Below, piece after piece: positions 25,116-32,000 of a stretch of 32,000 nt of DNA (its first letter is position 1; every line of letters starts with the position of its first letter). This stretch comes from a bacterium. Lineage in GTDB: Bacteria; UBP6; JAFGXH01. Both the position numbers and the translations under genes were made by a program. The notes below the pieces were generated by a model. It saw only the letters and a list, made by a program, of their open reading frames with translations. It was not told the DNA's origin and did no database searches. The DNA is taken from the NCBI GenBank assembly GCA_027064085.1, contig JAMOQH010000182.1, positions 6,849-38,848 on the forward strand, given 5' to 3'.

Positions 25116-28019
25116 CTAATTTTCATCACAAGAAATATTTAATTTATTTGGTAAATAAAAGTAATCACTATTATTTTTACCACCCAAAACATATATAAAA
25201 TGATCTTGGGAAGTATTTACCCAAAAAATATTTAGTCCATTTCTTTTATTGAAGGCATAATAATTAGAATTTGGTTTTATTTTTGTCCAATTTGTAGCTC
25301 CAATTTCAAGAGACCAAATATCATCTAAGTAATTATTGTCATCATCAATTCCACCGAATAAATATATGGAATTATTTTTATAATCATATAAAAACTTAGA
25401 ATTATCTCTTTTAGCAGGCTTAACTATTCCAATATAGTAGGTAAGCCACTTTTTAGTATTTATATCTAATACCCATAAATCATTTAATTTATCATCGTTT
25501 TTACCTCCAAATAAAAACAAATAATCGTTTCTAGGTGAATAAATAACAGAATAGTTGTTTCTGTTATTTGGTATACTACTAGATGTATCATAAAGTACTT
25601 TATTCCACTTGTTTTCTAATTTATTTAGTTTATATAAATCAGTAAAAAATTCTGATTCTTTACCTCCAAATAAATAAATATCTCCATCTTTATAAAATAA
25701 ATAGGCGTCAATTCTATAAGAAGGTCCATTGGTTGTATTTAAATTTTCCCAATTATCTTTGTTTGCTAAGTCAAGTTTCCATAAATTGCCATAGTTATTA
25801 ACTTCATCTCTTCCTCCATATAAATACAAGGAGTTGTCTATTTCACTATAAGTTAATGTAGCTCCTTCTCTTGCTTCAGGTTTAATTCCTAAATCTATTT
25901 TTTTCCAAGAGTTATCAACTGGAGAATATTCCCATAACTCATTAGAAAATCCTGCTTCAGTAAAACCACCAAATAAATAAGTTTTATTTTCTGTATAATC
26001 AAAAGTAAGTGATGCTTTATACATGCTAGCTATATCTTTTTTTATAGAGTATTTTTCTGTATTTAAATTAAAAATTAAATCTTTGTTTACAACTAACTCT
26101 GAATTGTCATTTCCGCCCCAAATAGTAACAGAATTATTTAAGTTATCAATAATAACAGAAGAAATAATATTTTCTTCTTGAGAATTTAGTATAGACCAAG
26201 TTTGAGTGTTTAAATCATATTTATATAATGTTAATTCACTGGTACTTTCTTTTTTTCCTCCCCAAAAGTATAATTTATTATCTTTAAACCAAGCAGATGA
26301 TTCTGAAGTATTAGCAATAGTATTATCGTTGGATTCTAGCGTCCACTCAAAAGTAATTAAATTAAATTTCCATAGTTCATTAGTTAAGCTACTATCCTCT
26401 AAAACTCCTCCAAATATATAAAAAGAATTTGTAGATGGTATAAATAATTGAGATTGACTATATCTTGCACTAGGATTAAGCGAACTATTAATATTACTCC
26501 ACTTGTTTTGACTTATAGAATATCTATAAGTTATAGAATTTACAGTGTTTTCTGATTTTCCTCCAAATAAAAAGATATTATCAAAGCCATCATTAAAAAC
26601 TGAAGCTCCATATAGTTTAATATTTATTGCGTTATTTATAAAAATTTGCTCCCATGTATTGTTTTCTATATCAAATTTCCAAAAATCATTTAAAATATTA
26701 CCTAAAGCATCTATTCCTCCATATAAATAAACTTCTTTGCTTGAGTTTTTGTAGGTTATTGAAGAATAAATTCTTGGAATAGGCTTATTACCTTGGGTTA
26801 CAAATTTTTTCCATATTTTAGTGGTTTCATTGTATTGCCATAAATCATTTGCTAGTTCTTGTGTTGGTAGTTCTCCTCCAAAAATAAAAACTTTGTTGTT
26901 ATTAGAAATAGTTTTTGCAAAATAAGTTCTTCTCGCCGGAGTATTATTAATCCAATCTTCACTATGGGGACTCATAGCATCACAACCAAGCCAGTGTCCT
27001 TCAATACAGATTGTTTCACCATTTTCACAAACATTTGAACATGGTTTATATAAGTCTTCATCAATTAGATTATTACAATTGTCATCTAAATTATTGCAAA
27101 TTTCTTCTTGAGGGGTAATTTCATTTTGTATAGTAATTAACTCAGAATTAACACATCTTTGTATTCCTTGTTGGCATTCACCAATATTACTTCCGGTAAT
27201 AATATCTCCAATGTTATCATCTATTTGATTATTACAATCATTATCTTTTCCATCACAAATTTCATCTGATGGAGGAATTTCTTCTTCTATTGTTACAAGC
27301 TGATGATTTATACACCTTTTTATACCTTGCTTACATTCTCCGGTGTTGGTTCCTGTAATAATATCTTCAATATTTTCATCTATTTGATCGTTGCAGTTAT
27401 TATCAAGATTATCACAAACTTCAGCGGTGGGTTTAATTTCTTCTTGTACTGTTTTTAATTTTCCATCAACACAAGAAACTATACCCTTTTGGCATTCTCC
27501 AGTATCTGTTCCAACAATAACATCATTAATGCCTTCATCTATATTTTCATTGCAATTGTTATCTATACCATCACAGATTTCTATTGTTCCAGGATTTATA
27601 TCTTTTAGATTTGCTGCACAATCATCTTCAATGAAGCCATCTCCATCAATGTCTGTGCTTGCTTTATAATTTACAATTTGTGAAAATTTCTCATTTGAAA
27701 TAATGGTTATTGCTCTTACTTTATAATAATAAGTTTTATTTCCTGATATAGTAAAATCATCAATATACTTATAAAAGTTTAGATTTTCATCATAATTAAT
27801 AGTTGATATTTTTATATAATTATCATTTTTGTTTATACTTTTATAAACTTCATATTGTTTTATTTCTGAATTTAAACTTAAAGAGTTCCAAGTTAATTCT
27901 ATTTTTAACTCACTGTTTAAAGAAGCTTTTAAATCATAGTTATCGTTAATCGGATTGTTCTTTGCTGGATTACACGATATAAACAAAAAAAATAATATAA
28001 ATGTTAGTAAAAATTTCAT
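25116..28019 (-). CDS. Large lipoprotein: FN3-like domain, four MopE-type Cys/Asp-rich modules, about a dozen Kelch-type beta-propeller repeats
   Basis: GGAGG lies upstream. The lipobox is ..LFFLFISCNPA. CD(G/N)xDN(N/D)CNxxID(E/D) motifs occur at a 53-aa period. Repeated ..[IVF]GG......L.[DN].W.[FY]......W..[IL] Kelch signatures fill the C-terminal ~600 aa. Confidence 0.85.
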   Translation of the reverse strand: MKFLLTFILFFLFISCNPAKNNPINDNYDLKASLNSELKIELTWNSLSLNSEIKQYEVYKSINKNDNYIKISTINYDENLNFYKYIDDFTISGNKTYYYKVRAITIISNEKFSQIVNYKASTDIDGDGFIEDDCAANLKDINPGTIEICDGIDNNCNENIDEGINDVIVGTDTGECQKGIVSCVDGKLKTVQEEIKPTAEVCDNLDNNCNDQIDENIEDIITGTNTGECKQGIKRCINHQLVTIEEEIPPSDEICDGKDNDCNNQIDDNIGDIITGSNIGECQQGIQRCVNSELITIQNEITPQEEICNNLDDNCNNLIDEDLYKPCSNVCENGETICIEGHWLGCDAMSPHSEDWINNTPARRTYFAKTISNNNKVFIFGGELPTQELANDLWQYNETTKIWKKFVTQGNKPIPRIYSSITYKNSSKEVYLYGGIDALGNILNDFWKFDIENNTWEQIFINNAINIKLYGASVFNDGFDNIFLFGGKSENTVNSITYRYSISQNKWSNINSSLNPSARYSQSQLFIPSTNSFYIFGGVLEDSSLTNELWKFNLITFEWTLESNDNTIANTSESSAWFKDNKLYFWGGKKESTSELTLYKYDLNTQTWSILNSQEENIISSVIIDNLNNSVTIWGGNDNSELVVNKDLIFNLNTEKYSIKKDIASMYKASLTFDYTENKTYLFGGFTEAGFSNELWEYSPVDNSWKKIDLGIKPEAREGATLTYSEIDNSLYLYGGRDEVNNYGNLWKLDLANKDNWENLNTTNGPSYRIDAYLFYKDGDIYLFGGKESEFFTDLYKLNKLENKWNKVLYDTSSSIPNNRNNYSVIYSPRNDYLFLFGGKNDDKLNDLWVLDINTKKWLTYYIGIVKPAKRDNSKFLYDYKNNSIYLFGGIDDDNNYLDDIWSLEIGATNWTKIKPNSNYYAFNKRNGLNIFWVNTSQDHFIYVLGGKNNSDYFYLPNKLNISCDEN

Positions 28020-28242
28020 AATTCCTCCAATAATATTAATTATATCGGATTTTTTATAAAAAAAAAAATTTTATGTTTACAAATGGAACATTTTTTATTT
28101 TTTTGTAACATTATAATAAAAAATAAATATTGTTATTAGGCTTTATTTAAGGCTTATTTTAGCTTTTTTTTATTTTTTTATAAAATTGGAAGTATAATTG
28201 ATTAAGTTATAATGTTTATTAATTATTTTATAGGAGTTTATT

Positions 28243-28494
28243 ATGAATAAGCCACAAACCGTTTACCAAATGTTATTAGTTAAACCTTATCAAAGACAAG
28301 GAGAAAGGAAATACAGTTATACCAATATTGGTATAGCTTTTAGAAAAGATCAATCTGATATTATTGACATGAAACTAGATTTATTTCCTATTTTAATTCC
28401 TGGAGCATTTATTCAACTAAAACCAGTTACGAAATCAAATAATAGCGAAAAAAATGAAACAGCTAATAAAAAAAGTAGTAAAAATAAAAAATAA
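28243..28494 (+). CDS. Hypothetical small basic protein (83 aa)
   Basis: AGGAG lies 6 nt upstream. A possible promoter has TTGGAA at 28186-28191 and TATAAT at 28208-28213. No family is recognised and the tail is low-complexity and Lys-rich. Confidence 0.45.
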   Translation: MNKPQTVYQMLLVKPYQRQGERKYSYTNIGIAFRKDQSDIIDMKLDLFPILIPGAFIQLKPVTKSNNSEKNETANKKSSKNKK

Positions 28495-28549
28495 AAAAAT
28501 TATTTTTGAGTTATTTTTTACACAAAAAATATATATAGAGGAGTTATTT

Positions 28550-28708
28550 ATGATTTTAAATAAAATTAATAAAAATTTTATCAATGCTCAAGTTGAAGAA
28601 AATATAATAGAATTAACTTTTGATAATGAAATTAATAAAGAATATTTGGTAGATCTGATTTTAGATAGTATTGATAATATTTCTTGGATAGAATTAGAAG
28701 TTCTTTAG
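28550..28708 (+). CDS. Possible 52-aa acidic protein
   Basis: ORF track 28454-28708. Only the ATG at 28550 has an SD (GAGGAG). The 3' end overlaps the convergent Nudix gene by 15 nt. No family is recognised. Confidence 0.25.
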   Translation: MILNKINKNFINAQVEENIIELTFDNEINKEYLVDLILDSIDNISWIELEVL

Positions 28709-29206
28709 CGATTTAATTGCCTCAAGAGTCATATCTAACTTCTCTTTTCTACCTCGTTTTAGAAGTTCTATAAGCCTATCAAGATTTACCCATTCGTATG
28801 CATTTATTTCTTCTTCTTGAAGGGTTAAACTTAATGGTCCATCATATTTACAATAATTAAAATAATATGCCTTTCCTTTTGTAAATCCTCGTTTGTCTTT
28901 TCTATCAAGAGGAGCGTCAACTATTTTATAAAAAAAGTTTTTAACTAGTATAGTTAAATCACTTTTTTTAATGCCAACTTCTTCTTCTATTTCTCTAAAT
29001 AGAGCATCTTGAGGAATTTCACCAGCTTCTATACCTCCTTGAGGAAAACTCCATGGTTTTATTCCTTTGATAGACTGAACAACTAAATACTTAGAATTTT
29101 TATTTTTTATTACTAATACAACAACAGGTCTATACTCTTTATTTATGTGATGTTCTGAAATTTCCTTTAATAGCTCCATATACTCCTCATATATAATGGG
29201 TTTCAT
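28694..29206 (-). CDS. Nudix hydrolase
   Basis: A complete Nudix box, GGIEAGEIPQDALFREIEEEVGI, matches Gx5Ex7REUxEExGU. Confidence 0.85.
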   Translation of the reverse strand: MKPIIYEEYMELLKEISEHHINKEYRPVVVLVIKNKNSKYLVVQSIKGIKPWSFPQGGIEAGEIPQDALFREIEEEVGIKKSDLTILVKNFFYKIVDAPLDRKDKRGFTKGKAYYFNYCKYDGPLSLTLQEEEINAYEWVNLDRLIELLKRGRKEKLDMTLEAIKSLKNF

Positions 29207-29262
29207 AGATTAACACATATTTTGAAAATAATTCAAATTTTTTGTGAAATTTATAATTATAA

Positions 29263-29290
29263 TTGACATTTTAATAAAGCTATTTATGAT
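29263..29290 (+). promoter_or_regulatory. Putative sigma-70 promoter for the dihydrolipoyl dehydrogenase gene
   Basis: TTGACA (29263-29268) is followed by a 16-nt spacer and TATGAT (29285-29290). It lies 26 nt upstream of the ATG at 29317, which has a GGAG SD. Confidence 0.35.
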
Positions 29291-29316
29291 AATAATATAT
29301 TATTTATGGAGTAATT

Positions 29317-30678
29317 ATGTATGATTTAACAATAATTGGTGCAGGGCCTGGTGGATATCACACTGCAATAAGAGCGGCACAAAAAGGATTAAGTGTTGCA
29401 CTAATAGAAAAAAATAAAGTAGGTGGTGTATGCTTAAATGTAGGTTGTATTCCAACAAAAGCCTTGTATGGCACTGCTCATAGGCTTATACAAGTAAATC
29501 AAGAAAATGAAAAATTTGGTATAAAATCAGAAAATACAACATTTGATTTTGATATTGCTCAACAAAGAAAGGATAAAGTTGTTAAACAAATGACATCTTC
29601 AGTTGAAGCATTGTTAAAAAAACATGGAGTTAATTTAATTTTTGGTGAAGCTGAATTTATCAATAAAAATAAAATAAAAGTAAATGATGAAGAAATAGAT
29701 AGTAAAAATATTATTATTGCAACTGGATCAAGCCCTCTAATGTTGCCTTTTTTTAATATAGACCACAATGTGATTTTAGATTCTACTGATTTACTAAATA
29801 TAAAAGAACTTCCTAAATCCTTAATTATACTTGGCGCAGGAGTAATGGGTATTGAATTTGCGAATATTTTTAATGCCTTTGGTGTAAAAGTAACGATTTT
29901 AGAGCTTGAAAAACAGATTTTGCCTTCAGTAGATAAAATGATATCTTCACAATTAGCAAAAATTCTAAAATCAAGAGGAATTGATATTTATTTAAAGAAG
30001 AAAACAACAGTAATCAAGAATGATAATGAAGAAGCATATTTTCAACTTGAAGATGGAGCAGAATTTAGAGCAGAGAAAGCTTTAATTTCTATAGGGAGAA
30101 AGTTTAATTCTGATATTAAAGGTTTAGATAATTTGGGAATAAGCAAAACTCCAAATGGCGCTATAATTGTTGATAAATATTACAAAACAAATATAGATAA
30201 TATCTATGCTATAGGAGATGTAAGCGGAGGCATGTTATTAGCTCATGTGGCATCTTATGAAGGAGAAAAAGCATTAGCGAGTATTGTTAATGAAAATTAT
30301 CCAAGTTCAACAATACCATCTGCAATATTCTCAATTCCAGAAATAGCAACAGTAGGTCTAACTGCTCAAAATAGTGATATTAAACTAAAAAAAGGAATGT
30401 TTTCGTATCAAGCAAGTGGAAAAGCAATGGCCATAGGCGAAGAACAAGGTCTTGCTATTTTTTATATTGCTGAAAATGATCTTATTGTAGGTTCTACAAT
30501 TATGGGAGCAGATGCTTCAAATTTAATACAGTTAATAACTCTTGCAATAAATAATAAAATGAAAGCAGAAGATTTTGTAAGAAATGTATTTCCTCATCCT
30601 ACTTTAAGTGAAATAGTTTTAGAAGGTGTTGAAGATATTCATGGTATGGCAATTCATAAGTTTGGTAAAAAGAAATAA
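29317..30678 (+). CDS. lpdA: Dihydrolipoyl dehydrogenase (E3 component, pyridine nucleotide-disulfide oxidoreductase class I)
   Basis: Motifs are the FAD-binding GAGPGGY, the redox-active disulfide GGVCLNVGCIPTK, the NAD-binding GAGVMGIE, and the C-terminal dimerisation/His-Glu motif HPTLSE. Confidence 0.92.
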   Translation: MYDLTIIGAGPGGYHTAIRAAQKGLSVALIEKNKVGGVCLNVGCIPTKALYGTAHRLIQVNQENEKFGIKSENTTFDFDIAQQRKDKVVKQMTSSVEALLKKHGVNLIFGEAEFINKNKIKVNDEEIDSKNIIIATGSSPLMLPFFNIDHNVILDSTDLLNIKELPKSLIILGAGVMGIEFANIFNAFGVKVTILELEKQILPSVDKMISSQLAKILKSRGIDIYLKKKTTVIKNDNEEAYFQLEDGAEFRAEKALISIGRKFNSDIKGLDNLGISKTPNGAIIVDKYYKTNIDNIYAIGDVSGGMLLAHVASYEGEKALASIVNENYPSSTIPSAIFSIPEIATVGLTAQNSDIKLKKGMFSYQASGKAMAIGEEQGLAIFYIAENDLIVGSTIMGADASNLIQLITLAINNKMKAEDFVRNVFPHPTLSEIVLEGVEDIHGMAIHKFGKKK

Positions 30679-30770
30679 AAAATACTGAATAGTTACCAAA
30701 AAATGGAAAATATTGAGCTTATAACTAAACAATAATTTGTTTTTTTACTTAAATATGGTATATAAATCTT

Positions 30771-31307
30771 ATGAAAAGTTTTTTATTATTAATAATATCT
30801 TTATTTATATTTTCTTGTACCTCTGGTAAAACCACTAAGGGAGGGATATACATTAATGGCGTATATAAAAATAGTGAGCTAAAGTATAACATAGGGAGGC
30901 TTCCTAAAGTTTGGAAGCGACTAGATGTTAATTACTTAAATCTAGTTTTTTATAACACTAAAAATAATTCTGTTATTTATGTTAATGGAAAATGTAGTGG
31001 AAGTAGCGATGTGCCTTTAACAATTTTAAGAACTCATTTATTGCTTGGTTTTAAGCATAAAAAAATAATAAAATCAGAAAAATTAAAAATTGAAAACCGT
31101 GAAGGCTTGCATTCTATAGTTCTTGCATCATTAGACGGTGTAAAAAGGAAAATAGATTATTATATTTTTAAAAAAGATGGTTGCTTGTATGATTTCGTTT
31201 TAATTTCAACAATAGCAACTTTTTATGAAAACCAAAAAAAGTTCAATAATGTTGTTAATAAATTCAAAATTATAAAAGGTAGTAACATTAAGGTATTTGT
31301 TAAATGA
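30771..31307 (+). CDS. Hypothetical lipoprotein
   Basis: The signal is MKSFLLLIISLFIFSC (lipobox). Its stop overlaps the start of the downstream MlaE-like gene (ATGATGA), suggesting one operon. Confidence 0.65.
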   Translation: MKSFLLLIISLFIFSCTSGKTTKGGIYINGVYKNSELKYNIGRLPKVWKRLDVNYLNLVFYNTKNNSVIYVNGKCSGSSDVPLTILRTHLLLGFKHKKIIKSEKLKIENREGLHSIVLASLDGVKRKIDYYIFKKDGCLYDFVLISTIATFYENQKKFNNVVNKFKIIKGSNIKVFVK

Positions 31308-32000
31308 TGAAGTTTTTTAGTAACTTAGGCTTTAAATTTATAGATTTTATTATACTCTCAGGTATAATAGTGAGATTTACCATTGAATTTTTTAGAGGTT
31401 TATTTACTAAAGGCGTAAATTTTTATTTAGTAGTTAGGCAAGTATATTTTGTTGGTGTTAAATCTTTGCCTTTAGCTACAATAATAGGTGTTTTCATTGG
31501 AATGGTTATAACAATTCAATTTGCTTATGGATTAAAATCTTATGGTGCACTTGATAAAGTTCCTAAATTGGTTGCATTAGCTATGGTTAGGGAGCTGGGA
31601 CCTGGTTTTATTGCGTTGCTAGTCGGAGGAAAGATAGGTAGTGGTTTTGCTGCAGAAATAGGTTCTATGAAGGTTAGCGAACAAATTGATGCAATGAGGT
31701 CACTAGGTGATGATCCCATTAGACGATTGCTTGCTCCTAGAATTATTGCAGTGATGTTAATACTTCCTTTTTTGACAATTTGGGCAGATCTGGTATCATT
31801 TATTGGTGGTGCCTTTGTTTCCTCAATTGAATATAACTTAGACCCTGCAATATTTTTAAAAGTCGTTAGAGGTTCTTTAAAAAATAGAGAAATTATTCAT
31901 TCTATAATTAAATCTATGGTTTTTGGTTATCTTATCGCTATAATTGGAGTTGCAAATGGTTTCAGAACAGGTTATGGTACTGAATCAGTTGGAAAATCAA
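31304..32000 (+). CDS. mlaE: MlaE/YrbE-family ABC transporter permease (3' end beyond window)
   Basis: Read by hand; it is not in the ORF track because no stop falls in the window. The translation is MMKFFSNLGFKFIDF... The family-typical ..RELGPGFIALLVGGKIGSGFAAEIGSMKVSEQIDAMRSLG.. is present. Confidence 0.85.
   Translation, partial: MMKFFSNLGFKFIDFIILSGIIVRFTIEFFRGLFTKGVNFYLVVRQVYFVGVKSLPLATIIGVFIGMVITIQFAYGLKSYGALDKVPKLVALAMVRELGPGFIALLVGGKIGSGFAAEIGSMKVSEQIDAMRSLGDDPIRRLLAPRIIAVMLILPFLTIWADLVSFIGGAFVSSIEYNLDPAIFLKVVRGSLKNREIIHSIIKSMVFGYLIAIIGVANGFRTGYGTESVGKS

Noticed and set aside
26206-27669. Plus-strand ORFs of 71, 61 and 92 aa
   Set aside because: They are antisense to the 967-aa Kelch/MopE-type lipoprotein gene, which has a strong SD, a signal peptide and coherent repeat architecture.
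28020-28242. A/T homopolymers (an A11 run at 28058-28068) and the AGGCTT(T)ATTT(T)A duplication in the Kelch-gene upstream region as regulatory repeats
   Set aside because: The region is extremely AT-rich intergenic DNA where such runs are expected. No convincing symmetric or phased pattern emerged.
29221-29237. TTTGAA-N5-TTCAAA inverted repeat in the divergent Nudix/lpdA intergenic region as an operator
   Set aside because: It has only 6-bp A/T-rich arms in very AT-rich DNA. It does not overlap the predicted lpdA promoter elements, and there is no support beyond symmetry.
1-32000. Search for rRNA, tRNA, CRISPR arrays and non-standard genetic code
   Set aside because: No intergenic region is long or structured enough for an rRNA or tRNA. 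No cloverleaf-like GC-rich segments were seen. The only regular repeats are in-frame coding repeats. Well-known genes (gdhA, lpdA) terminate at expected lengths with standard stops, so there is no reason to invoke TGA or TAG recoding.

Overview
Visibly AT-rich bacterial chromosomal DNA. It reads cleanly in the standard bacterial code and is densely coding on both strands. I saw no rRNA, tRNA or CRISPR array. All family calls rest on motifs read by eye from the supplied translations, because no searches could be run. Housekeeping genes I recognise are gdhA, a dihydrolipoyl dehydrogenase, an SDR oxidoreductase, a Nudix hydrolase, an NRDE-family protein, a 3'-partial MlaE permease and a partial TolC-like outer-membrane protein. 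Accessory-looking content includes a RAYT/IS200-like HUH transposase followed by REP-like palindromes. There are also several large Cys-rich secreted lipoproteins with eukaryote-like adhesion modules: EGF-like, FG-GAP/ASPIC, Kelch, MopE-like and a lamin-tail domain. One of these carries three near-identical 108-bp in-frame tandem repeats. The most unusual feature is a tightly coupled same-strand gene block at about 1882-11195. In it, an orphan GlmL/MutL-type actin-fold ATPase with no B12 mutase nearby is followed by a soluble partner, four uncharacterised membrane proteins, a rhomboid protease and a possible 50-codon single-pass mini-protein. I cannot assign this block to any described system. 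Next to it lies a second unit (11280-16107) with its own consensus promoter. It encodes an FHA-GAF sigma-54 activator and two lipoproteins. The lineage is unknown. The FHA-type sigma-54 activator and the Cys-rich repeat proteins suggest Bdellovibrionota, Oligoflexia or Myxococcota-like bacteria, but that is a low-confidence inference.
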